A stretch of DNA of 32,410 bases, from assembly GCA_039934235.1 (NCBI GenBank), contig JBDTMO010000001.1, positions 1 through 32,410 of the forward strand. Direction: 5' to 3'. The translations under genes were made by a program, and so were the position numbers. Every line of letters starts with the position of its first letter. Position 1 is the first letter of the stretch. Positions 8,406-15,397 of the stretch are shown one piece after another. The notes under the pieces were generated by a model. The model was not told where the DNA came from. It saw only the letters and a program-made list of their open reading frames with translations, and did no database searches. The DNA is from a bacterium. Its GTDB lineage: Bacteria; Gemmatimonadota; Gemmatimonadetes; Gemmatimonadales; Gemmatimonadaceae.

Positions 8406-9464
8406 ATGTCTCCCAAGCGGACGCTCTTCCCGAAGGTAACAATCGGATTGGATCTTGGCGATAAGATGAGTCAGGTGTACGAGATCGACACGCACGGTGA
8501 GCCCCTGTGTGAGGCGAAGGTCGCCACGACCCCCGACGGGCTGCAGCGCCATTTCGGCGGCCGCCCGCGGTGTCGCGTGGTGCTGGAGGTGGGCACCCAT
8601 TCGCCGTGGGTGTCGCGCCTGCTCGCGGAGCTCGGACACGAGACCATCGTGGCGAATCCCAGCGCGATGTACGGCACGCGCCGGCGCCGGCGCCGCAATG
8701 ATCGGCTCGATGCGGCGTTTCTCGCGCGCCAGGGCCGTGCCGATGTCGCGCTCCTCTATCCCATTCACCATCGCGGGCTGGAGGCGCAGCAGCATCTGGC
8801 GATCATCCGCGCCCGGGATGAGATCGTGTCCCTTCGCACGGCGTTGATCAACCACGTGCGCGGGGCCGTGAAGTCGGTCGGGGGCCGCCTGCCCACGTGC
8901 AGTGCCGAGGCGTTCCCCAAACGCGTGGTGGCGGCGATCCCGGCCGGCGTGGTCCCGGCCCTGCAGCCGATGGTCGAGACCATTACGGACCTCACCCGCC
9001 GCATCGACGCGTACGACGCGCAGGTGGCGCAACTGGCGGCGCGCTATCCCGAAGTGCAGCGGCTGCAGCAACCGAGTGGCGTCGGGCTGTTGACCGCACT
9101 GACGTACGTCTTGCTCGTGGAGGACCCGCGGCGCTTCCACCACAGTCGCTCGGCGGGGGCCTACTTCGGGCTCGTGCCGCGGCTCGATGAGAGTAGTGCG
9201 TCGTCGCCGCAACTCCGCATCTCGAAAGCCGGGGATGAATTGGGTCGCCGATTGCTCGTGAATGCGGCGCATTACATCCTCGGCCCGTTTGGGCCGGACT
9301 GTACGCTCCGACGGTTCGGCACGGCGATCGCGCAGCGTGGGGGGAAGAATGCCAAGAAGCGCGCCGTCATCGCCGTCGCCCGCAAGCTCGCGGTCCTCTT
9401 GCATCGGCTGTGGGTGAGCGACACCCCGTATGATCCGAACTATGCGCACCACCGCGCGGCGTGA
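8406..9464 (+). CDS. IS110-family transposase/recombinase (DEDD RuvC-like N-domain + Transposase_20 C-domain)
   Basis: TIGLDLGDK, VVLEVGTHSPWV, NDRLDAAFLA, then VQRLQQPSGVGLLTALTYV...YFGLVPRLDESSASSPQLRISKAGDELGRRLLV. This is the typical IS110-family layout. Confidence 0.92.
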   Translation: MSPKRTLFPKVTIGLDLGDKMSQVYEIDTHGEPLCEAKVATTPDGLQRHFGGRPRCRVVLEVGTHSPWVSRLLAELGHETIVANPSAMYGTRRRRRRNDRLDAAFLARQGRADVALLYPIHHRGLEAQQHLAIIRARDEIVSLRTALINHVRGAVKSVGGRLPTCSAEAFPKRVVAAIPAGVVPALQPMVETITDLTRRIDAYDAQVAQLAARYPEVQRLQQPSGVGLLTALTYVLLVEDPRRFHHSRSAGAYFGLVPRLDESSASSPQLRISKAGDELGRRLLVNAAHYILGPFGPDCTLRRFGTAIAQRGGKNAKKRAVIAVARKLAVLLHRLWVSDTPYDPNYAHHRAA

Positions 9465-9769
9465 TTCGCGCGCGCCCGCACGGCAGGAATTGTCACCGGA
9501 GATTGCCATGACGTAGTCACACCGACGCTGCGATCCGACAACCGACGCGCCTCGATTCCTCGTTCTTGGTGACTGCGATCTGCGCCCTGCCCCTTAGAGG
9601 TCGCCGCAGAGTTGGTCAGCACCAGGCGAGGGATCCTCGAACGGACACCAACATGCACCGGAGCGCGCTGCGCTCCACTCGAGTGCGGATAGAAGAGCGG
9701 GTACGAGGAGCGGTTGTCGAGCATCGTCACGGGGGAACGAGGCCCGCCACGTCGGGCCTTGCAAAAACA
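9465..9769 (+). ncRNA. candidate IS1111-type bridge (guide) RNA in the IS 3' non-coding tail
   Basis: There is no credible ORF. The region is rich in hairpins: GGAGCGC/GCGCTCC at 9660-9676, the perfect palindrome CACTCGAGTG at 9676-9685, and AGGCCCG/CGGGCCT at 9740-9759. It contains CCGCAGAGTTG (9604-9614), identical to the 11 nt flanking the IS left end (8290-8300). It also contains GATAGAAGAG (9688-9697), matching the right junction CATAGAAGGG (9778-9787) at 8 of 10 positions. Extent and strand are not established. Confidence 0.3.
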
Positions 9770-9781
9770 GCCTTTCTCATA
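9770..9781. repeat. right terminal inverted repeat of the IS
   Basis: gcctttctcata is the exact reverse complement of 8302-8313. An outward-facing TTGCAA lies at 9759-9764, 17 nt from the end. Confidence 0.6.
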
Positions 9782-9786
9782 GAAGG

Positions 9787-9892
9787 GACGCAGAGGAGCA
9801 GAGGGCGCGGAGGAGAGCCAAGGTGCAGATCCTTCGACTCGCTACGCTCGCTCAGGATGACATCCTCGGCGCCCCTGGCTCCTCTGCGGTCC
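9787..9892. repeat. compound imperfect palindrome enclosing a REP-like core
   Basis: The left arm (9787-9815) pairs with the right arm (9864-9892) at 23 of 28 positions with one gap by my alignment (GCAGAGGAGC / GCTCCTCTGC core). The centre holds REP-like copy A. Confidence 0.6.
9823..9861 (-). repeat. REP-like dispersed element, long (39-nt) class, copy A
   Basis: gtgcagatccttcgactcgctacgctcgctcaggatgac is the reverse complement of the consensus GTCATCCTGAGCGAGCGYAGCGAGTCGAAGGATCTGCAC. Confidence 0.9.
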
Positions 9893-9946
9893 TCCGTCCT
9901 GCAGTCCTCCGTCCTGCGGTCCTGCGGTCCTGCGGTCCTGCGGTCC
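9885..9946. repeat. tandem array: 15-mer (TGCRGTCCTCCGTCC) x2 followed by 8-mer (TGCGGTCC) x4
   Basis: tgcggtcc tccgtcc tgcagtcc tccgtcc tgcggtcc tgcggtcc tgcggtcc tgcggtcc. The array abuts the stop codon (9946-9948) of the minus-strand OMP gene. Confidence 0.95.
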
Positions 9947-10503
9947 TAGAAGCGTACTCCCACTGTTAGTGGAATCGTCAACAGCGCGTGTCCGTCCGCC
10001 AGCATCACATGCATCCGCGCCTCGCCAACGGCGGTGAAGCCGGTCAGCGGAATCTCGACGCCGGTGCCAAAGTTGAACCCCGGACGCGTGCCCTCCCTCG
10101 TCGCGTTGTAAATCGCGATGCCGCCCGTCACGAAGGTCTGCGCCGCGGCCTTCTGCAGCCGATACACGATCGTGGTGCCGAGTGACAGGACATTCGAGTC
10201 GTCGCCGGCGTGGCCGGATTTGAGGGCGAAGCGCTGGAACGTCGCCTCCCCGCGCAACGAATACGGCTGGCCCGATACCGCGTATTCCACCATGCCGCCC
10301 ACCAGGTACCCAGCGGCGTGATCGTCGGCGAGTTGCCCGGCTGGAATAGCGATGCCTGCCGTCACGCCAAACAGCGGCACGTAGTAGTCGGACTCCGTCC
10401 GCGGCGCAGGTGCCGTCGGCGGGCCCGACGCCTGTGCCCCGGCGGCGCTGGCCACCGTGGCCGCAAGGGAGACAGCGAGAGCCAATGATTTTGTCAGGTG
10501 CAT
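9946..10503 (-). CDS. outer-membrane beta-barrel protein (OmpW/porin-like small barrel)
   Basis: Start chosen at MHLTKSLALAVSLAATVASAAGAQA (signal peptide). Alternating beta-strand pattern with a C-terminal ...LTIPLTVGVRF ending in Phe. The upstream part of the track ORF (to 10704) runs through repeats. Confidence 0.75.
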   Translation of the reverse strand: MHLTKSLALAVSLAATVASAAGAQASGPPTAPAPRTESDYYVPLFGVTAGIAIPAGQLADDHAAGYLVGGMVEYAVSGQPYSLRGEATFQRFALKSGHAGDDSNVLSLGTTIVYRLQKAAAQTFVTGGIAIYNATREGTRPGFNFGTGVEIPLTGFTAVGEARMHVMLADGHALLTIPLTVGVRF

Positions 10504-10521
10504 GAGTGCGAGGTGAAAGGT

Positions 10522-10700
10522 GTCGTCCTGAGCGAGTAGTTCCAAGTTGTCATCCTGAGCGAGCGCAGCGAGTCGAAGGATCCGCACATCGTCGCCCCAC
10601 AAACATTTACAGCAGTTCCGAGTTGTCATCCTGAGCGAGCGCAGCGAGTCGAAGGATCTGCACCTCGCCGCGCCACAAACATCTACAGCAGTCGCGCAAT
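10522..10700. repeat. 76-bp tandem duplication (2 full units + truncated third) containing REP-like copies B', B and C
   Basis: REP cores lie at 10522-10536 (truncated), 10549-10587 and 10625-10663, a period of 76 bp. The unit tails ...CCACAAACATTTACAGCAGT and ...CCACAAACATCTACAGCAGT are near-identical. The second tail overlaps the stop and last codons of the VIT1 gene (10683-10692). Confidence 0.9.
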
Positions 10701-11831
10701 CCATTCCCCGACGTAATAGCCCACGGCGGCGACACCGAGTCCGACGACGAACATGTCGATCCCGGAGCGGAACACGCTGCGCCCCGTAAAGACCGACCGC
10801 GCCGCACCAACCACCCAGTGTGACAGCATCGACACCGCAAACGCGACAATCGCGGCCGTATGCCCGTCGAGAAAGAAGAACGGCAACACCGGAATGAGCG
10901 CACCAATTGCCGTAGCGGTGCCGGTGATCCAGGCCTCACGGAACGGCGACGTCGCCGACTCGCTGATGCCTAGCTCCTCCTGTACCTGTTCGGCCAGCAT
11001 CTGTTCCGGATCCGCCATCACTTGCGTTGCGAGCGCGTACGCGTGCTCGCGATCGATGCCCTTTGCTTCGTATATCAGCGCAAGCTCGTCACGCTCGATT
11101 TCGGGCATTAGGGCAATCTCATCGCGCTCCATGGCGATCTCGTGCGCGTAGACTTCGCGTTCGCTCTGCGCGGCGAGGTAGCCGCTCGACCCCATCGACA
11201 ACGCATCGGCGATGAGGCCGGCGACGCCCGCGACGATGACCGCGTGATAGTTCGCCGCCGTCGATGCGCCAATGACGCCCGCGACCAGGCCAAAATTCGC
11301 CGTCAGGCCGTCGTTGAATCCATAGATGACGTTGCGCATGATGCCGCCAGCGCCCGTCCGGTGCCACGGCTCACCCGTCCTGCCTGCCACCGCGTTCAGC
11401 GTCGTCGCATGCTCGGCAGATTCCTTCGCGAGCAGCAACGCTTCATCGCGACCGGCCACGTTGCGGGCCGTGGTGCGATGCATGTCGAGATACGCCTTGA
11501 CCTCACGTCCTTCTTCCGCCAGCAACATGGGAAGCAGGAAACTTGGCCCAAGCCGACGCCCGAGAAATGCGAGCAGCCGAGTGCGCGCAGTCGGGCGATG
11601 CGGGCCAATGCGCCGGCCGTGTTTCTCGAGCAGACCGGCCCAGATTTCGAGGTGCCTGTCCTCGACGTCTGCCAGGCGCCGGTAAATGTCCTGTTTCGCC
11701 GAGTCGGGCTCGGCCTCCGCGAGGAGGCGGTACAGGTACGCTGCGTCGGCTTCGTCCTGCCAATGATGCTCGAACGACTCCAGGTCGGGTGCTCCCGACT
11801 GCTCGGCAGTCGGCGGGGTGAGGGTAGCCAT
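10683..11831 (-). CDS. mbfA: erythrin (ferritin-like) - VIT1/CCC1 fusion protein, MbfA-type iron/manganese exporter
   Basis: The N-terminus has a rubrerythrin-like helix pair (EADAAYLYRLLAE...LADVEDRHLEIW). The C-terminal VIT1 domain reads NVIYGFNDGLTANFGLVAGV...VSMLSHWVVGAARS...FVVGLGVAAVGYYVGEWI. Confidence 0.8.
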   Translation of the reverse strand: MATLTPPTAEQSGAPDLESFEHHWQDEADAAYLYRLLAEAEPDSAKQDIYRRLADVEDRHLEIWAGLLEKHGRRIGPHRPTARTRLLAFLGRRLGPSFLLPMLLAEEGREVKAYLDMHRTTARNVAGRDEALLLAKESAEHATTLNAVAGRTGEPWHRTGAGGIMRNVIYGFNDGLTANFGLVAGVIGASTAANYHAVIVAGVAGLIADALSMGSSGYLAAQSEREVYAHEIAMERDEIALMPEIERDELALIYEAKGIDREHAYALATQVMADPEQMLAEQVQEELGISESATSPFREAWITGTATAIGALIPVLPFFFLDGHTAAIVAFAVSMLSHWVVGAARSVFTGRSVFRSGIDMFVVGLGVAAVGYYVGEWIARLL

Positions 11832-11933
11832 GCTCGTAATATGACATCATGGGGAAGACTGAGAAGGCAACCCTCCGGAGAACACGTGGTGTCAGACCGG
11901 GTGAGCTTCCCACTGGACCCGAGGACCCCAACA

Positions 11934-13256
11934 ATGCGATTGACCACACTCTTCGCTCTTGCCGCGGCCACGACTGCCGTTACGCATCCCGCCAGCGCTC
12001 AGGTCGATAGCCGGGTGCGCGTTGTAACCCCACCCGCCACCGCCCGCGTTTACAGTTACGATCGCGACGAACCGGAACACCGCGCGGCACTTGGCGTCGG
12101 TACCCAGGCGACCGGGACGCTTCGAGATACCCTCGGCTTGATGATCACCTCGATCACCAAGGGTAGCCCAGCCGAAAAAGCCGGCCTCGAAGAAGGGAAT
12201 CGCATCGCGGCGATCAACGGCGTGAGCCTCCGCATCAATGCCGCGGACATCGAGGACAACGAAATGTCGAACGCGCTCACGCGCCGCCTCACGCGCGAGC
12301 TCAGCAAGTCGAAGCCCGGCGACGAGGTGGAGCTGAAGGTCTACAAGGACGGCCGCACGCAGAGCATCAAGATGAAGGCGGCGGACTCCAACGTTCTCTT
12401 CGCACGCGTCGATGACGTGCGGTACACCCGCGCGGATGCCGACAATCGGCCCGCACTCGGGTTCAGCATTGGCAACACCGGGAGCCGCCGCGACACGCTC
12501 GGCGTGCTGGTGATGAGCGTCGCCGACTCGACGCCGGCGGCCAAGGCTGGAATCGAGGAAGGCAATCGCATTGCCGCCATCAATGGTGTGAACCTCCGCG
12601 TGGCGCACGACGACGCGGGTGATCGTTGGCTCGGCAGCACCAAGGCACAGCGGCTGCAGCGCGAAATCGGTGCGCTCAAGCCGGGCGACAACGTGACGTT
12701 GAAGGTCTACTCCAACGGTCAATTCCGTGATGTCACGCTGAAGGTGGCGCGCGCCGGTGACCTGCCGAAGAATGGATCGACGATGTACTTCGGAGGTGAT
12801 GGCTTCGGGCGCTCGTTCATGACCATGCCGCCAATGCCCGCAATGGCGCCCATGATGCCAATGGCGCCCATGATGCCAATGGCGCCAATGGCGCCGATGG
12901 CACCCATGCCGTCGATGGACGGTTTCCGCTACGAGGTCAGGCCCGAGTTTGATCGTGATATGGAACGCGTCCGCGTGAACCTCGACCGCATCCGTCCAGA
13001 GGTTGAACGCAACCTTGAAGGCGTACGCGTGCAGCTCGACAACATCCGGCCCCAGATCGACCGCAACCTCGAAGGCATGCGGGTGCAACTCGACAACATC
13101 CGGCCACAGATTGAACGGTCAATGCGACAAGGCAGTGAAGCGCGCGCACGGATCGAAAGCATTCGTCCACAGCTCGAGCGTATGCGCATGGAGCTCCCGC
13201 GCGCGCAGCAGATCCGCATTACGCCCCGCGTGCGCGTGGCGAATGTGATCGTCTAG
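11934..13256 (+). CDS. secreted protein with two PDZ domains, a Met-Pro-Ala repeat and C-terminal 18-aa helical repeats
   Basis: Start chosen at MRLTTLFALAAATTAVTHPASAQ (signal peptide). Two PDZ-like copies (GSPAEKAGLEEGNRIAAINGVSL and STPAAKAGIEEGNRIAAINGVNL). The part of the track ORF upstream of 11934 is antisense to the VIT1 gene. Confidence 0.8.
   Translation: MRLTTLFALAAATTAVTHPASAQVDSRVRVVTPPATARVYSYDRDEPEHRAALGVGTQATGTLRDTLGLMITSITKGSPAEKAGLEEGNRIAAINGVSLRINAADIEDNEMSNALTRRLTRELSKSKPGDEVELKVYKDGRTQSIKMKAADSNVLFARVDDVRYTRADADNRPALGFSIGNTGSRRDTLGVLVMSVADSTPAAKAGIEEGNRIAAINGVNLRVAHDDAGDRWLGSTKAQRLQREIGALKPGDNVTLKVYSNGQFRDVTLKVARAGDLPKNGSTMYFGGDGFGRSFMTMPPMPAMAPMMPMAPMMPMAPMAPMAPMPSMDGFRYEVRPEFDRDMERVRVNLDRIRPEVERNLEGVRVQLDNIRPQIDRNLEGMRVQLDNIRPQIERSMRQGSEARARIESIRPQLERMRMELPRAQQIRITPRVRVANVIV
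12819..12917 (+). repeat. coding micro-repeat: MTMPPMPAMAPMMPMAPMMPMAPMAPMAPMPSM
   Basis: 18-bp units atgatgccaatggcgccc x2, followed by 9-bp atggcgcc(a/g) units, all in frame within the PDZ protein. Confidence 0.9.
12972..13133 (+). repeat. coding tandem repeat, 3 x 54 bp (18 aa: RVxLDxIRPxxxRxxxG)
   Basis: Units at 12972, 13026 and 13080: RVNLDRIRPEVERNLEGV / RVQLDNIRPQIDRNLEGM / RVQLDNIRPQIERSMRQG. A degenerate fourth copy (ARIESIRPQLERMRMEL) follows. Confidence 0.9.
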
Positions 13257-13267
13257 ACGCAAGGCGT

Positions 13268-13320
13268 GTCGTCCTGAGCGCAGCGAAGGACCTGCACCTT
13301 ACCCGGCGCAGGTCCTTCGC
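13268..13320. terminator. REP-like short-class copy D forming a 13-bp hairpin between convergent genes (likely bidirectional terminator)
   Basis: The core is gtcgtcctgagcgcagcgaaggacctgcac (13268-13297). GCGAAGGACCTGC (13283-13295) pairs perfectly with GCAGGTCCTTCGC (13308-13320) around a 12-nt loop. There is no U-tract. Confidence 0.5.
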
Positions 13321-13342
13321 AGCATTCGGGACCACGGAATTT

Positions 13343-15280
13343 CTAGAATTCGATCTGCGCCCCGAGCTCGACCACCCTGTTCGGCGGGATCTGGAAGAAT
13401 TCCGTGGCCGATCGCGCGTTACGCGACATGAGGGCGAAGAGCTTTTTTCGCCACCGCGACATTTTCGCCGTGCCAGTGAGCACGAGCCGCTCGCGACCCA
13501 GGTAGTACGACGTGTCCATCGGTGGGACGGGCACGCCCTCCTTCGCGACCTGGGCAAGCACTTCCGGAATGTTTGGTGATTGCATGAACCCGAACGTGGC
13601 CACCACACGGTGGAAACCAAGGCCGAGCGATTCGAGCGCCACGCGACGTTCTGCGGGTACTTCTGGAATGCCGCGGGTTTGCACGCTGAGCAGCACGACC
13701 GTTTCGTGCAGCACCTTGTTGTGCTTGAGGTGATGGAGCAGGACGACGGGAACGCCGCCGGTGCTCGATGTCATGAACACCGCTGTGCCCTTCACGCGCA
13801 CGGGTGGATTGCGACTCAAGCTCGTGAGAAACGTGTCGAGCGGCAGTGAATTGCTCTCCTGGATTTCGCCGAGCTGCACGCGTCCGCGCTTCCACGTGCT
13901 CATGAGGATGTAGACGCTGATGGCGAGCAGGAGGGGAACCCAGCCGCCGTGCTTGAGCTTGACGACGTTCGCGGCGAGAAACGAAAGATCGATGCAGAGG
14001 AATCCTCCAGCGAGCAGCGCGACCCTCGGTTTGGACCATCCCCATTGTCCAAGCGCGACGACGCCGAACAGGATGCTTGTAATGGCCATCGTTCCCGTGA
14101 CGGCGATTCCATACGCAGCACTGAGGGGACTCGAGCCCCTGAAGGCGACAACGAGGATCAGGCATCCGATCATCAACGCCTTGTTGACTTCGGGAATGTA
14201 GATCTGCCCGGCGACGCGATCCGATGTGTGGATGATCTGCATGCGCGGCGAGTAGCCGAGCTGGATGCTTTGCTGCGTGAGTGAGAATGCGCCGGAGATC
14301 AGTGCTTGCGATGCGACAATCGCCGCCGCAGTCGCGATGATCAGCAGCGGCCACTGAAACGCGTCCGGCGCGAGCAAGTAGAACGGATTGCTGGCCGCCG
14401 ATGGTTCGCGAAGCAGCAGCGCGCCCTGGCCGAAATAATTGAGCATCAGTGCCGGGAGCGCGCCGACGAACCACGCAATGCGGATGGGCCGTTTGCCGAA
14501 GTGCCCCATGTCGGCGTACAGCGCCTCGCAGCCAGTGATGCAGAGAACCACAGCGCCGAGGGTGAGAAATCCTGCTGTGCCGTGCTCGACGAAGAAGAGC
14601 ACACCATGCCATGGATTGATCGCTTGCAGCACCATCGGTGCGCCAAGGATTGCCCGGGTACCGAGCGTACCGATCGTAATGAACCACACGACCATGATGG
14701 GGCCGAACGCGCCTCCGACGCGCGCCGTTCCCAACCGCTGCAGCATGAACAGCGCGAACAGGATCACCACCGTGATTGGCACGACGAGCCGCACAAGGCC
14801 GGGGTTGCCGACCTCCAGCCCTTCCACGGCGCTGAGCACTGAGATCGCCGGCGTGATGACGCCTTCACCCAGCAACAACGACGCACCGAATAGCCCGAGA
14901 CCAATCAGCAGGAAGCGCTTACGCTTGTCGTCGTCCCGCCGCTTCTGCTGGAGCAACAGCGCGAGCAGGGACAGGATGCCACCTTCGCCGCGATTGTCCG
15001 CCCGAAGGACGAAGCCGATGTACTTGACGCTGACGACGACGACGAGCGACCACAGGATGAGCGACAGCACGCCAAGCACGTTGGCGGTCGTCGGATGGAT
15101 GCCGTACTCCGCCTTGAAGCACTCGCGAAGTGCGTACAGAGGGCTCGTGCCGATGTCGCCGTAAACCACACCGAGCGCCGTAACGGTCAGCAGCGCGAGC
15201 CGGCGTCCCGTTGGATGGACTGGCGCGTGACCGTGGTCATCGAGTGAAGCCGGGACTGTATATCGAACGCCGTCAGTCAT
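13343..15280 (-). CDS. kup: KUP/HAK/KT-family potassium transporter (paralog 1)
   Basis: LGVVYGDIGTSPLYALRECF near the N-terminus, 12-TM body, and a C-terminal cytoplasmic domain ending ...ATEFFQIPPNRVVELGAQIEF. Confidence 0.95.
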   Translation of the reverse strand: MTDGVRYTVPASLDDHGHAPVHPTGRRLALLTVTALGVVYGDIGTSPLYALRECFKAEYGIHPTTANVLGVLSLILWSLVVVVSVKYIGFVLRADNRGEGGILSLLALLLQQKRRDDDKRKRFLLIGLGLFGASLLLGEGVITPAISVLSAVEGLEVGNPGLVRLVVPITVVILFALFMLQRLGTARVGGAFGPIMVVWFITIGTLGTRAILGAPMVLQAINPWHGVLFFVEHGTAGFLTLGAVVLCITGCEALYADMGHFGKRPIRIAWFVGALPALMLNYFGQGALLLREPSAASNPFYLLAPDAFQWPLLIIATAAAIVASQALISGAFSLTQQSIQLGYSPRMQIIHTSDRVAGQIYIPEVNKALMIGCLILVVAFRGSSPLSAAYGIAVTGTMAITSILFGVVALGQWGWSKPRVALLAGGFLCIDLSFLAANVVKLKHGGWVPLLLAISVYILMSTWKRGRVQLGEIQESNSLPLDTFLTSLSRNPPVRVKGTAVFMTSSTGGVPVVLLHHLKHNKVLHETVVLLSVQTRGIPEVPAERRVALESLGLGFHRVVATFGFMQSPNIPEVLAQVAKEGVPVPPMDTSYYLGRERLVLTGTAKMSRWRKKLFALMSRNARSATEFFQIPPNRVVELGAQIEF

Positions 15281-15397
15281 ATGGCCGGTGAACGTGTGAC
15301 GACATGCCTGTGCCGCATGCAGATCTTCAAACTACGCGACGAGCGCAGCACGGCGAGCCGCTCAGCGTGCTCAGGCGGCGTGGTGCCAAGTCCTGCC

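Larger units (their letters stand above)
8302..9781 (+). mobile_element. IS110-family (IS1111-like) insertion sequence, about 1.48 kb; boundaries inferred from terminal inverted repeats
   Basis: A perfect 12-bp inverted repeat, TATGAGAAAGGC (8302-8313) and GCCTTTCTCATA (9770-9781), brackets a DEDD-type transposase. The 5' leader is short (104 nt) and the 3' non-coding tail long (317 nt). GA is present on both outer sides (8300-8301 and 9782-9783). Confidence 0.6.

Noticed and set aside
8370-9509. 379-aa minus-strand ORF across the IS
   Set aside because: It is antisense to the IS110-family transposase, which has the full DEDD and C-terminal domain motifs. The antisense product is Arg-rich and featureless.
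9566-9949. 127-aa plus-strand ORF, and the N-terminal extension (10504-10704) of the OMP ORF, containing SLRSLRMT/ILRLAALAQDD peptides
   Set aside because: These peptides are translations of the REP-like element and the 8-mer array. The ORFs run through the IS tail and the repeats and have no coding signature.
10522-10663. CRISPR-like look: 39-nt repeats with 37-nt spacing
   Set aside because: Only two full repeats are present. The 'spacers' are near-identical to each other, so this is a tandem duplication. The repeat is dispersed at other loci in both orientations, and no cas genes are present.
11841-11850. ATGACATCA shared between the mbfA/PDZ divergent promoter (11841-11849) and the HTH operator (21514-21522); also checked as a Fur or Irr box
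   Set aside because: A single 9-mer coincidence without a matching second arm at 11841. It is a poor match to the Fur 7-1-7 or ICE consensus as I recall them.
11142-11933. N-terminal 264 codons of the 704-aa plus-strand ORF 11142..13256
   Set aside because: This part is antisense to the MbfA-type gene and is Arg-rich. A canonical signal peptide begins at the ATG at 11934, so the PDZ protein is called from there.
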